A program made the translations under genes and the position numbers. A stretch of DNA of 64,000 nucleotides from Planctomycetota bacterium. GTDB taxonomy: Bacteria; Planctomycetota; UBA1135; UBA2386. Each line of letters opens with the position of its first letter. Position 1 is the stretch's first letter. Shown in pieces: positions 9,455 through 19,262 of this stretch. Below the pieces are notes generated by a model. That model had not been told where the DNA came from, ran no database searches, and saw nothing but the letters and a program-made list of their open reading frames with translations. Location: contig JAWKUN010000002.1 in NCBI GenBank assembly GCA_041398565.1, positions 1,717,376-1,781,375 on the forward strand, written 5' to 3'.

Positions 9455-12319
9455 TCACAAGCCCAAGGTCAGGCGCACGCCGTTCGACCAGTCGAACGGC
9501 AGCGCCGTGCCGGGGCCGGACACCGCCTGGGCGGCCAGGCGGGCGCCGGCGAGTTCGAGGCCGGGAGGCACGGAGATCGGGAGGACACCGTTGCCGGGCA
9601 TGGCCAGCCAGACGAACGCCGACGAGTCGACGAACGAGGCGCAGCTGAGGTCGAGCAGCGGCAGGCGCAGGGGGACGACGCGGTTGTGCCCGAGGAACAG
9701 GACGTGCGCCGCGTGGCCGCGTTCGACCCGCGCTTCGATCTGGGCGCCGAGACGCGGCGCGTCGACTCGTAGCCGCAGGCCGTCGCCGCAGCCGAAGCCC
9801 TGGGATTGCGCAGTCGCCCCGACGGCGACGCGCCACAGTTCGATGCCGTGCTCGGAGTCGCTCGCCGAGTACAGCAGGTGGCCGTCGACGCCGAGCAAGG
9901 GAGCCTGCACGTCGCCCGTGCCCAGGAGCCGTGTGCCGGCGGCGGTTCCGTCGGTCACGAAGAGGAACTCCTGCTGCGGCGGCCCGGCCAGGAGGATGTT
10001 CAGGGCCAAGAGTCGGTCGGACACCAGGGTGCCGCGGACGATGCCCCTCGGCAGGGTGAGCGCCAGCGGCTGCGTGCCGGCCGCGGTGCCGTCGGTGCGC
10101 ACGAGGTCGAGGGCCGCACCGGTGTCGCGTGCGACGATCGCCAGGTCACCCATGGCGAACACCGCGACCGGACGCGAGGCCGCGGGCAGGGAGACGACGC
10201 TGGTGGGGGTGCCATCGGTGCTCACGGTCTCGCTGCCGATGCTGAGCACGAGGCGCTCGCCGATGGACGCGGTGCGCAGGTTGGTGAAGACCGTCGAGCC
10301 GCTGCCGGCGGTGCGGTCCTCGAGCAGCTGGGTGCCGGCGATCGAGCCGTCCGTCGTCCACATTTCGAAGCCGTGGACGCCGTCGTCGGCCAGGAAGATC
10401 GCGCGGTCGCCGGCGGTTCCGATGACGCCGGAGAGGATGTTGGGTACCGGGAAGGTGCGCAAAGCGACGGTGCCGGAGGCGCTGCCGTCGCTGAACCAGA
10501 GCGTCGTCTGTGCTGAGCCGGCGGGGACCGCGTGGGTGACGAAGCAGACGCCCCCACGGACGCGTGCGAATCCGGCGCTGGGGATGCGTTGGCCCGGCTC
10601 CAGGTCGACCAGGAGTCTGGTGCCGGCGGCGGTGCCGTCGCTGACGTAGAGCTGCGAGGTCTGCAAACCGTCGTTGCTGGCCACGAACACGGCGCGGCCA
10701 CCGTTGAGCTCGCCGCGCCAGTCGCGGTACGGGAAGAGCAGCGAGTAGTACGAGGTGTCGAGCTGGAGCTGAGCGATCGCCCCAGTTCCGGCCGTGGTGC
10801 CGTCGCTACGCCACAGCGAACCAGTGCCGTCGTCGATGAGCACGGCGTCGTTGAGTTCCGCGACCAACCGGGCCGCTCTCGACATCGGCGCGAGCGCGCG
10901 GGTACCGGCGACCGAGCCGTCGGAGGCGTAGAGGCGCAGACCCTGTCCCGACTCGGCGACCACGAGGGCGCGGCCGCCGATCGCGGCGATGGCCGACGGC
11001 GAGGCGTCGGCCGTAGCGCGTCGAGGGTCGATGTCCGCGGCCAGGGCGGTATTGGCCACGGTTCCGTCGGTGTGCCACAGCTCGATGCCGTGCAGGCTGG
11101 AGAAGCCGCCGAAGTAGGCCGAGCCGTCGGCGAGGCCGACGAAGTTGCCGATGACCTGTGCAGGCAGGGCGCGTGTCCGGGCCGAGGTGCCATCGCTGAC
11201 GAACATGTCCCCACGGGCGTCGACGACGTATGCGGTGCTGCCGGCCGCGGTCAGGTGGTAGCTGGTGGCGCGACCGAGGTCGAAGCCGGCGAGCGTGAAG
11301 GCATGGGTCCCCGGGGCGACGAACGCCAGGTCGACCCGACCCGCATTCACCACCATGGCCAGGCGGCCATCGGCCAGTGCGACGATCTCGCCGCCTGCGT
11401 CGGGGCCCGAGGCCAACTCGACGGTGCCGCCGGCGGTGCCGTCGCTGTAGAACAGCCTGCGGGCGAAGCCAACGGTCGCCGAGAACGCCACGCCGTTGTC
11501 GAACGCGACCAGCTCGCCGGGGTAGGAGTTCGCCGCGCCGGATTGGATGTCGGCCACCAGGCGCACGTTCTGTCCGTCGGTGGCGTAGAGTTCTGCCCCC
11601 GTGGTGCCGTCGTCGCCGGCGAAGAAGAGCTCGCCGCCGGCGGCGACGATGCGCTGCCCGGACGTGCCCGACGCCTCGCCAGGCCTGAGGTCGCGCACCA
11701 AGCGTGTGCCGGCGCTCGTGCCATCACTCACCCAGATCTCGTAGCCGTGGATGGTGTCGTCGACGGCCATGGCCACGCCGTTGCCGAAGGGAGTGATCTT
11801 GGCGAGGACAGGCGAGCCTGCACCGGGCGCCATGTCGGAGAGGCGCTCCGTCCGATTCGAAGAGACGTCGGCGACCCACAGCTCGCGGCCGAAGCCGTTC
11901 GAGTCAGCGAAGAAGAACAGTTTGTCGCCGACCGCGACGAGGTCGCTGGGGTTCGCCCCCGACAGGACCTGGATGCGGCCGAGGGCCGGATCGAACACGT
12001 GCAGCCGCCGCGTGCCTTGCCAGTCTTGGGCGGAGAACGCGATCTTCGCGCCGAACGCGGTGACGTGTTGCGGGTTGGAACTCTGCTGGCCGGCCACGCC
12101 GTCCCAGGCGAGCGAAGCGCGGCCCTGATGGTCGACGAACCATAGCTCGCGTCCGACGAACGGCGCGGTCGCTGCGAAGAAGACGCCGTTCGCGTGGGCC
12201 GCGAAGGAAGCGGGCGACGACGAGGAAGCGAGGCCGGGCTGCTGGTTGAGGTCGAGGACGAGTTGGCCCTGCGCGAACACCGTCGAGACGGTGGCCAGCG
12301 AACTCAAGAGGAACTTCAT
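9455..12319 (-). CDS. secreted ELWxxDGT-repeat protein with shared FG.GC C-terminal module
   Basis: The track ORF runs to 12499. The in-frame ATG at 12319 gives the signal peptide MKFLLSSLATVSTVFAQ. There are more than 12 copies of the ELW..DGT.AGT motif (EIWVSDGTSAGT, ELWHTDGTVANT, EMWTTDGSIAGT and others). The last 116 aa form the shared tail. Confidence 0.85.
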   Translation of the reverse strand: MKFLLSSLATVSTVFAQGQLVLDLNQQPGLASSSSPASFAAHANGVFFAATAPFVGRELWFVDHQGRASLAWDGVAGQQSSNPQHVTAFGAKIAFSAQDWQGTRRLHVFDPALGRIQVLSGANPSDLVAVGDKLFFFADSNGFGRELWVADVSSNRTERLSDMAPGAGSPVLAKITPFGNGVAMAVDDTIHGYEIWVSDGTSAGTRLVRDLRPGEASGTSGQRIVAAGGELFFAGDDGTTGAELYATDGQNVRLVADIQSGAANSYPGELVAFDNGVAFSATVGFARRLFYSDGTAGGTVELASGPDAGGEIVALADGRLAMVVNAGRVDLAFVAPGTHAFTLAGFDLGRATSYHLTAAGSTAYVVDARGDMFVSDGTSARTRALPAQVIGNFVGLADGSAYFGGFSSLHGIELWHTDGTVANTALAADIDPRRATADASPSAIAAIGGRALVVAESGQGLRLYASDGSVAGTRALAPMSRAARLVAELNDAVLIDDGTGSLWRSDGTTAGTGAIAQLQLDTSYYSLLFPYRDWRGELNGGRAVFVASNDGLQTSQLYVSDGTAAGTRLLVDLEPGQRIPSAGFARVRGGVCFVTHAVPAGSAQTTLWFSDGSASGTVALRTFPVPNILSGVIGTAGDRAIFLADDGVHGFEMWTTDGSIAGTQLLEDRTAGSGSTVFTNLRTASIGERLVLSIGSETVSTDGTPTSVVSLPAASRPVAVFAMGDLAIVARDTGAALDLVRTDGTAAGTQPLALTLPRGIVRGTLVSDRLLALNILLAGPPQQEFLFVTDGTAAGTRLLGTGDVQAPLLGVDGHLLYSASDSEHGIELWRVAVGATAQSQGFGCGDGLRLRVDAPRLGAQIEARVERGHAAHVLFLGHNRVVPLRLPLLDLSCASFVDSSAFVWLAMPGNGVLPISVPPGLELAGARLAAQAVSGPGTALPFDWSNGVRLTLGL

Positions 12320-12542
12320 TGTGGATGGAATCCAGGCGGACTGGGGGCGGGCGCAGGCGAGGGCGCGGTTGCAAGTCGAGTGCCAGCAGGCGTCCCCGAC
12401 CACGTGAAGCCGTTGGCCGGGCGACCGGCGCTCTGCGATCGAACCCAGGCCGAACGGTCCTTGGCCGGCATGCGGTGTGCTACCGAGCCGTAGCAACAAG
12501 CCGCCCCTGGCGCGGTCCCGCCGCTGCGCCCGTCGTTCGGGC

Positions 12543-13439
12543 CTACTCGCGCGCGGTCTCGAAGCGGGCGGGGTCCTGGCCGCGCAGCACCGAGTTGCCC
12601 TCGAAGGTCTCGAGCACGCTCTTGCCCGGCGCGTGCTCGAGGTCGCTCTTCTTGAGGCGGCCGCTCTGCGCGAAGAAGTCGATCGGGTTGTGCCAGACCA
12701 GCTTCTCGATCGTCGTCTCGGCGACGTTGGCGCGGCGCAGCAGCGCCACGGTCTTGGGCACCCGCAGCGGATCGCTGACCCCCCAGTCCGCCGCGCTGTT
12801 GATGACCATGTTCTCGACGCCGTGCTCGAGCACGATCTTCACCATGCGCTCGCAGTCCATCTTGGTGTGCGGGTAGATGGAGAAGCCGGACACGCAGCCG
12901 AGGTCGCGCGTGATCTTGATCGTCTCCTCGTTGCCGTGGTCGAGCAGGACGCGCGCCATCGGGAAGGCGAGGTCCTTGAGGATGTCGATGCAGCGCTCGA
13001 AGCCGCGCTTCTTGTCGCGGTGCGGTGTGTGCACGAGGATCGGTAAGTCGTGCTTGCGCGCCAACTCGACCTGCGCGGCGTAGTACTTCTCTTCGGTCTT
13101 GGTCTGATCGTCGAGACCGATCTCGCCGACGCCGAGCACGCTGTCCTTCTCCAGGTAGCGCGGCAGCACTTCCATCACCGCGTCGTTCACCCGTGGGTCG
13201 TTGGCCTCCCGGGGGTTCAACCCCATCGTGCAGAAGTGCCAGACGCCGAACTGCTCCGAGCGGTGGCGCTCCCAGCCGAGCAGCGTGTCGAAGTAGTCGA
13301 CGAAGGTGCCGACCGTGGTCCGCGCCTGGCCCAGCCAGAACGCCGGCTCGAGCACGGCGCGCACGCCGGCCTCGGCCATGCGCTCGTAGTCGTCGGTCAC
13401 CCGACTGAACATGTGGACGTGGGGCTCGAAGATGCGCAT
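12543..13439 (-). CDS. TatD-family metal-dependent hydrolase (EboB-type)
   Basis: N-terminus MRIFEPHVHM, then AFWLGQARTTVGTFVDYFDTLLGWE and LPILVHTPH. This matches my memory of the TatD hydrolases found in ebo clusters. A GTG at 13445 is an alternative start. Confidence 0.85.
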   Translation of the reverse strand: MRIFEPHVHMFSRVTDDYERMAEAGVRAVLEPAFWLGQARTTVGTFVDYFDTLLGWERHRSEQFGVWHFCTMGLNPREANDPRVNDAVMEVLPRYLEKDSVLGVGEIGLDDQTKTEEKYYAAQVELARKHDLPILVHTPHRDKKRGFERCIDILKDLAFPMARVLLDHGNEETIKITRDLGCVSGFSIYPHTKMDCERMVKIVLEHGVENMVINSAADWGVSDPLRVPKTVALLRRANVAETTIEKLVWHNPIDFFAQSGRLKKSDLEHAPGKSVLETFEGNSVLRGQDPARFETARE

Positions 13440-13479
13440 CGACACTCGGGAGAATACGTAGCGAACTAACAGAGTGGAG

Positions 13480-14337
13480 TCAGACTCCAGTTTGTTGTTT
13501 GAGGGCGGCGCGGAGTTGGGGCTTGGGCTCGCGGGGTAGGCGCTCGCGCAGGAAGGGCATGAGGTCCTCGCGGTTCAGGAGGGCGAGGGCGGCGATGGCG
13601 GCGGCGCGGCGGTCGTCGGCGCCGTGCTCGAGGTCGCCGAGCGCTCGCGCGGCGGTGCCGGGGACGGGGGCGCGCGCCATCATCGCCAGGGTGTCCGGCC
13701 AGACCTGGCGCCCGGCGGCCTCGCGTTCGGTGGCGAGGTCTTGCAGCATGCGTGACAGCTCCGGGTTGGCGAGACGCTCGACGCCGAGCATGCGGTGCAT
13801 CGGCAGGCCGAGGAACGCCGCCTTGAGGACGAGCCGACTGGCCTCGGCTTGACCGAAGCCGGCGACCGCACCGCTGGCGCGCGCCAGCAGATCGTTGTCG
13901 CAGACCAACGCCTCGTAGTGCGGCTGCACGTTGCTGCGCTGGACTTCCCCCAGGAGGCTGACCGTCGCCGGCGACAGCGGCCGCGTGCTGGCGGCGCGCA
14001 GCAGCATCGTGCGCTCTTCCATGTCGCCGTGCTTGAACAGATCGAGGATGGCAGCGTCGTCGGCGTCGCGCAGCAGGAGGCGCGCGGCGCCGTCGCAGGC
14101 GCGCCATGCGCGCAGATCGACGCGCGCCGACCCCACCGCGGCGACGTCGCTGCCGAGGGCTCGGCGTCCGATGCGCCGCGGCAGCGCGGGCAGCAGCGAC
14201 GCGATGGCGACGCTGCCCTCGCGCGCGGCCCGAGCCGCACCCTCCTCGAGCCAGGCGCGGTCGGCGGGAGCGACATCGAGGCAGAGCTCCGGAATCGAAT
14301 CGAGCATGGCGGCGAGCCTACCCGAAGCCAGCGCCAT
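13480..14337 (-). CDS. EboA domain-containing protein
   Basis: In-frame ATG at 14337; the track ORF extends to 14562 through Arg-rich sequence that would overlap the lgt start. The blocks LPALPRRIGRRAL, DLFKHGDMEERTMLL, VLKAAFLGLPM and RLANPELSRMLQDLATEREAAGRQVWPD resemble EboA as I recall it. It lies directly upstream of the TatD gene. Confidence 0.6.
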   Translation of the reverse strand: MALASGRLAAMLDSIPELCLDVAPADRAWLEEGAARAAREGSVAIASLLPALPRRIGRRALGSDVAAVGSARVDLRAWRACDGAARLLLRDADDAAILDLFKHGDMEERTMLLRAASTRPLSPATVSLLGEVQRSNVQPHYEALVCDNDLLARASGAVAGFGQAEASRLVLKAAFLGLPMHRMLGVERLANPELSRMLQDLATEREAAGRQVWPDTLAMMARAPVPGTAARALGDLEHGADDRRAAAIAALALLNREDLMPFLRERLPREPKPQLRAALKQQTGV

Positions 14338-14398
14338 CACCTTCGTTCGTGCGCCCGCTCCGTGGCTTCGCCGCGGCGGGGGCGCTACCCTCCAGCCG

Positions 14399-15394
14399 AT
14401 GAACGAGTGGCGGTTCCCGGCCTGGGACCCGGTGATGATCCCTCTCTGGGATCCGATCCATCTGCGCTGGTACGGCTTCATGTTCCTGCTCGCCTTCATG
14501 GTCGGGCAGTGGATCTTGAAGCGGCTGGCGCGCGCCCGGCTCTTGCCGATCGAGGAGGACAAGGTCTACGACCTGATCGTCTGGCTGGTGGTGGGGGTGC
14601 TGGCCGGTGGGCGGCTCGGTTACTCGCTCTTCTACTCGCCCGACCTCTGGCGCGACCCGCTCGAGCTGTTCAAGCTGTGGCGGGGCGGCCTCGCTTTCCA
14701 CGGCGGTCTCGTCGGCGTGTGCGTCGCGTTCCTTCTCTTCGCGCGGCGGTACCGCGTCGACCCATGGCGTCTGGGCGACGGTTGCGCCATGGCCGTGCCG
14801 CCTGGCATCGCCTTCGTGCGCTTCGCCAACTTCGTCAACGGCGAGCTGTACGGCCGCGTTGTCTCTGGGGATGGCCCGCCGTGGGCGATGCGTTTTCCCA
14901 CCGACGACAAGGCTCTCGAGCTGCTGGGTATCGCCGGGTGGGGCAACAAGCGCCTGCAAGAGCTGGCGATCCGCAAGGCCGTGCACGGACCGTGGGAAGG
15001 CATGCCCAAGGAGTTGGAGGCAGTGCCGGCGTGGGACGCCGTGAAGTCACAAGTGCCGTTGCGCCATCCGTCACAGCTCTACGAGCTCTTGGGTGAAGGC
15101 CTCGTCATGGGCCTGCTCCTGTTCGTCGTTTGGCGCCTCACGCGCAGGCGGCCGCTCGGCAGTGGCGTGTACGGCGGGATCTTCCTGCTCGGCTACGGCT
15201 GCGTGCGCTTCGTGCTCGAGTGGTTTCGGCAGCCGGACCGGCAGTTCGAGAAGCACCCGGGCGAACTCGGCACCGTGGCGTTCGGCTTCTCGATGGGGCA
15301 AGTGCTGTGCGCGGCGATGATTCTGGCCGGCGGTCTCATCATCGCGCTGCGCTGGCACGCGCGACGTAGCGTCGAGGTGTCTCCAGGTGCGTGA
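14399..15394 (+). CDS. lgt: prolipoprotein diacylglyceryl transferase
   Basis: In-frame ATG at 14399. IHLRWYGFMFLLAFMVG, RGGLAFHGGLVG and FVNGELYGR are typical Lgt blocks. Confidence 0.93.
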   Translation: MNEWRFPAWDPVMIPLWDPIHLRWYGFMFLLAFMVGQWILKRLARARLLPIEEDKVYDLIVWLVVGVLAGGRLGYSLFYSPDLWRDPLELFKLWRGGLAFHGGLVGVCVAFLLFARRYRVDPWRLGDGCAMAVPPGIAFVRFANFVNGELYGRVVSGDGPPWAMRFPTDDKALELLGIAGWGNKRLQELAIRKAVHGPWEGMPKELEAVPAWDAVKSQVPLRHPSQLYELLGEGLVMGLLLFVVWRLTRRRPLGSGVYGGIFLLGYGCVRFVLEWFRQPDRQFEKHPGELGTVAFGFSMGQVLCAAMILAGGLIIALRWHARRSVEVSPGA

Positions 15395-16712
15395 CCTCCT
15401 CCTGCGTGGCGGGCGTGTCGTCTCGACGACGGGCGTCGAGGCGCTCGACGTCCTCGTGCGCGACGGGACCATCACCGCCATCGGGCCACGGCTCGAGGCT
15501 CCGGTCGACACGCCGGTGGTGGACGCGCACGGGCACCTGGTGTTCGCCGGCCTGATCGACCCGCAGGTGCACTTCCGGGAGCCCGGGTTTCCGGCCAAGG
15601 AGGACCTGGCGTCGGGGTCGCTGGCCGCGATCGCCGGCGGCGTCACCAGCTTCCTGGAGATGCCGAACACCAAGCCTGCTACCACGACCCCCGAGCTCCT
15701 GGCCGACAAGCTGCAGCGCGCGCGTGGCCGGGCACACGCCGACCACGCGTTCTTCCTCGGCGCCACGGCCGAGAACGCGGATCGCCTCGGCGAGTGGGAG
15801 ACGCTCCCGGGTTGCTGCGGCGTCAAGGTGTTCATGGGGTCGTCGACCGGCGACCTGCTGGTACCCGACGACGAGACCCTCGGTCGGGTGCTGCGCTCCG
15901 GCACGCGGCGCGTGGCCGTGCACGCCGAGGACGAGCCGCGTCTCCGCCAGCGCTACGCCGCCGTCGCCGCCGGGTCGCACGTGCGCGAGCATCCCCACGT
16001 GCGCGACGTCGAATGTGCGTTGCGGGCGACGACGCGTCTGCTGGACCTGGCCGAGCGCCATCAGCGCCGGGTGCACGTCCTGCACCTCTCCACTGCCGAG
16101 GAGGTCTCGCTCCTGCGCGCGCGCAAGCTCGGCGACCTCGTGACCTGCGAGGTCACCCCGAACCACCTCTTCCTGGAGGCGCCCGACTGCTATGACCGGC
16201 TCGGCACGCTGGCGCAGATGAACCCGCCCGTGCGCGATCGGCGGCACCGTGACGCGCTGCGCGAGGCGCTCGCCGACGGCACCATCCACTGCATCGGCAG
16301 CGACCACGCTCCCCACACGCTGGCCGAGAAGGCCAAGCCGTACCCGGAGAGTCCTTCCGGCATTCCCGGCGTGCAGACGATCCTCGGCCTCTTGCTCACT
16401 GCCGTGCACGACGGCTGGCTGGGGCTTCCCGACGTGGCGCGCGTTTGCTGTGCCGCGCCGGCGGCGGTGTACGGTCTGCGCCGCAAGGGTCAGGTCGCGC
16501 CCGGTTTCGACGGCGACCTGGTGGTCGTCGACCCGGACGTGCGGGTGCCGCTGCCGCAGGCCTGGTTGCACTCGCGCGCGGGGTACAGCCCGTACGTGGG
16601 CATCGAGCTGGCTGGCTGGCCGCGCCTCACCGTCTTGCGCGGCCGCGTCGTCTACCGCGATGGCGCCCCGACGGGTGGCGCCGACGGGCAGCCGCTGAGC
16701 TTCGCGCCGTAG
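15387..16712 (+). CDS. pyrC: dihydroorotase (class I amidohydrolase)
   Basis: 441 aa. Motifs GLIDPQVHFREPG...KEDLASGSLAAIAGGVTSFLEMPNTKP and IGSDHAPH are present. The GTG start overlaps the lgt stop by 8 nt. Confidence 0.9.
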   Translation: MRDLLLRGGRVVSTTGVEALDVLVRDGTITAIGPRLEAPVDTPVVDAHGHLVFAGLIDPQVHFREPGFPAKEDLASGSLAAIAGGVTSFLEMPNTKPATTTPELLADKLQRARGRAHADHAFFLGATAENADRLGEWETLPGCCGVKVFMGSSTGDLLVPDDETLGRVLRSGTRRVAVHAEDEPRLRQRYAAVAAGSHVREHPHVRDVECALRATTRLLDLAERHQRRVHVLHLSTAEEVSLLRARKLGDLVTCEVTPNHLFLEAPDCYDRLGTLAQMNPPVRDRRHRDALREALADGTIHCIGSDHAPHTLAEKAKPYPESPSGIPGVQTILGLLLTAVHDGWLGLPDVARVCCAAPAAVYGLRRKGQVAPGFDGDLVVVDPDVRVPLPQAWLHSRAGYSPYVGIELAGWPRLTVLRGRVVYRDGAPTGGADGQPLSFAP

Positions 16713-16882
16713 GGCCGAAGTCGTGGCTCAGCGCAGCCGTCGACCGCGACCCAAGGGTTGATGTGGTCGCTGTCGCGTCGACCAGCAAGGGGCCGCCGGC
16801 GCGGGTTGTCCCCTCGGGCGCTCCAACTTCCGCGCGGTGCCGCAAGTTCGCGTGCAACGCGAAGAGATGCGGAAGTGGTAGC

Positions 16883-17962
16883 TCAGCGGAAGCTGACGCT
16901 GGCCCGGTTGGTGAGGTTGCCGGGCAGCGCGAAACTCGCGCCGACCGTGAAGGCCTGGAAGTCGAGGTAGCGGTTGACGAAGCGCGCGCACGGGGTGTTC
17001 GGAGGCACCACGGTGGCGATGCCTTCGCCGGTCGTGCTCAGTGTTCCCGACACGACCTGCACGAAGCCTCCACTCGGGTTGAGGTACAGGGCGCCGTTGG
17101 CGATGCCGCCCAGCGGGACGCCGGGGCATCCCACGTTCGAGCCGAGGAAGAGGGCGAACACGCCGCCTGCGCTCGTCGCGTCGCGCACGCGACAGTCGAT
17201 GCCGTCGTTGCGCGGGCCGGCGCTGCCGGTGCAGTAGGGCCAGAGTCCGCCGGCGCCGAAGCTGCGGTTGTTGAGACCCTGCAGGCAGGTCACGATGGTC
17301 GTCGGATCGACGCTTCCCATGTTGAGCACGGCTGACTGGACCAGGGCATCGACGCGCACCGTCTCCTGGAAGTTGGGCTGCACCGGGGCGCCGCCGAGAC
17401 AGTTCCAGCTGAGGCTGGGGGCGGTCGGCGCGGCCGTGTCGCCCAGAGCGTAGTCGACGATGTGTAGGGACTGGCCGTCGGTCCCAGGGGTCCAGCCAGG
17501 CGCCGCCGGAAACTGCCCGCCCTGGTAGAAGGTGGCGCACAGCGGCATGGCCGTCGACGGTGTGGTGAACGTGAGCGTGATCACCCAGGCGATGGCGCCG
17601 ACGGTGGTGTTTGGCGGCGTGGTCAGGTTGCCCGTGGTGAGCAGGAGGCCGGCGGCTGAGCAGTCGGGGGTGCCGGCGGTGTCGCCGCGCATCACCATGG
17701 AGTAGGTCTCCGGCGTCACGCCGTTCTGGTCCTGCGTGGTGTAGCGGAAGCCGGCCAGGATCGTGCTGCCACCGGTCGGGTCGTGGCCGAGGCCGGAGAA
17801 GTGAGTCGCCGGCACCTGCAGCAGGTACTCGCCCGCGTTCGAGCCGATCGAGCCACGCGAGGTGAAGTTGGTGCAGCCCGAGTAGATCTCGAAGATGTTC
17901 GGGGTTTGGGCGTGGAGGGGAACGCTGGCCGCGGCCAGGGCCGCGAGGAGGAGGAAACGCAT
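16883..17962 (-). CDS. secreted hypothetical protein, paralog 1 of a pair
   Basis: In-frame ATG at 17962 gives the signal peptide MRFLLLAALAAASVPLHAQ. It shares conserved blocks with 19345-20451 (YSGCTN.TSRG, FGAGG.WP, VNRYLDFQAFTVG, LTNRASV). Confidence 0.75.
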   Translation of the reverse strand: MRFLLLAALAAASVPLHAQTPNIFEIYSGCTNFTSRGSIGSNAGEYLLQVPATHFSGLGHDPTGGSTILAGFRYTTQDQNGVTPETYSMVMRGDTAGTPDCSAAGLLLTTGNLTTPPNTTVGAIAWVITLTFTTPSTAMPLCATFYQGGQFPAAPGWTPGTDGQSLHIVDYALGDTAAPTAPSLSWNCLGGAPVQPNFQETVRVDALVQSAVLNMGSVDPTTIVTCLQGLNNRSFGAGGLWPYCTGSAGPRNDGIDCRVRDATSAGGVFALFLGSNVGCPGVPLGGIANGALYLNPSGGFVQVVSGTLSTTGEGIATVVPPNTPCARFVNRYLDFQAFTVGASFALPGNLTNRASVSFR

Positions 17963-18296
17963 TCGGGGTTGTGGACCAGAGAGACGCTGGAGCAGTGACG
18001 CGATGCTAGTTCGAACGAGCGGGCGTGTTGCGGCCTTCGGGCGGGAATCCAGCCGCGGCGGGCACGCCTCCTCAGGCGCGCGGCCTCGCGCTGCGGGGGT
18101 CGTGCCGGTGCCATGGGGATCCGCGCCGAGCGGCGGCCCCGCGGGCCCCGCCGGAGACGACGAAGGAATGTCGCGCGGGGGTGGTTCGGCGCCCCGATTC
18201 GGGAGCTCGACCGACCGAAGGGCCGGAACGACCTTTCCTCTTGCCTGCGGCGGCGCCGCCGGTAGTCTCCTCGGCCCGCTTTCCCGAGCCACATCC

Positions 18297-18617
18297 ATGT
18301 CCCGAGTCTGCCAAGTCACTGGCCGCCGCACCCGTGTCGGCAATACCGTCGCTCGTCGAGGTCTTGCCAAGAAGAAGGGTGGTGTCGGTCGCCGGGTCAC
18401 GGGCCGCGCCAAGCGCAAGTTCAAGCCGAACATCCAGACGGTGCGGGTGCTGACCCGGGAGGGACGTATCCTCCGCCTGAAGGTGTCGACCAAGGTCATC
18501 AAGTCCGGCAAGGTGACGCTGCGCCGCGGCGACAAGGTCGAGACCTTCCCGCTGGTGAAGGCCCTGCGTGGCCGTCACCGTGACGAGTTGGCGGCGCAAG
18601 CTGCGACGAAGGGCTGA
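18297..18617 (+). CDS. rpmB: 50S ribosomal protein L28 (long form, 106 aa)
   Basis: The N-terminus MSRVCQVTGRR..VGN...RKFKPNIQ matches the L28 signature. It contains an internal Lys/Arg/Gly-rich insertion and a C-terminal extension. Confidence 0.9.
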   Translation: MSRVCQVTGRRTRVGNTVARRGLAKKKGGVGRRVTGRAKRKFKPNIQTVRVLTREGRILRLKVSTKVIKSGKVTLRRGDKVETFPLVKALRGRHRDELAAQAATKG

Positions 18618-18714
18618 GGGCGGCAGCGCCGCGCCGCGACGATCTGCACCGTTGGTGTACGGGCCGCAGGCCGTGGGATCTGAATAGTCGCAGCCGGGTC
18701 CCGTAGCCCGCGCC

Positions 18715-18969
18715 ATGCGTTTCGCGGAACTCCTCGTCCTCTGCGGTGTGCTCGTCTGGTTGTCGCACACGCTGCGGCAAGGCGGCCGCTTCGACGTCGC
18801 TTGGCTCACGCTCTTCGTGGGGCTGGGCCTCATGCTGTCGCGCGTCGGGTTCTTCCTGGGCGCGCTCCTGTCGTGTGTCAGCCTCGGCATGCTCACCCTG
18901 CCGCTGGCCCGCCTCGAGTGGTCGCGCCTGCATGGCCAGAGCCCGCGCGATCCTTCGCGCCGTAGCTGA
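18715..18969 (+). CDS. small hypothetical membrane protein
   Basis: 84-aa ORF with 2-3 hydrophobic helices and G/C third-position bias. No homology was recognised. Confidence 0.4.
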   Translation: MRFAELLVLCGVLVWLSHTLRQGGRFDVAWLTLFVGLGLMLSRVGFFLGALLSCVSLGMLTLPLARLEWSRLHGQSPRDPSRRS

Positions 18970-19031
18970 CTCACGCCGAGTCCGGCGCGCGTGCACTCGG
19001 GGGTGCCGGTGGTATCTTGCTGCCCCAACGG

Positions 19032-19108
<77 letters not shown>

Positions 19109-19262
19109 GCGCGGCGCGGAGCGCCGCGCCGGCAAGCCCGGCAAGCGTGTGGCGCAGCGCCGCGGGCGCTTTGGCGCCCGCGGCGCGCGAAGCGACTCCT
19201 TGTCGAGCGACCCCGGTGTTCGCACACCCCTGTGTCGCGCACTCCTGTGCGTCGACGTGTTG

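Noticed and set aside
16826-16876. Nested hairpin (ACTTCCGC...GCGGAAGT enclosing TTCGCG-TGCAA-CGCGAA) just downstream of the first paralog gene.
   Set aside because: It is plausibly a terminator in the convergent pyrC/paralog gap. It has no U tract on either strand and shorter stems, so it is too weak to list as a feature.
17963-18296. The long leaders upstream of rpmB and the paralog genes (17963-18296 and 20452-20977) as possible ncRNA or ribosomal-protein leader elements.
   Set aside because: I could not recognise any known RNA family (RNase P, SRP, tmRNA, 6S, r-protein leaders) or a convincing conserved structure by eye. This is mentioned only within the paralog finding.
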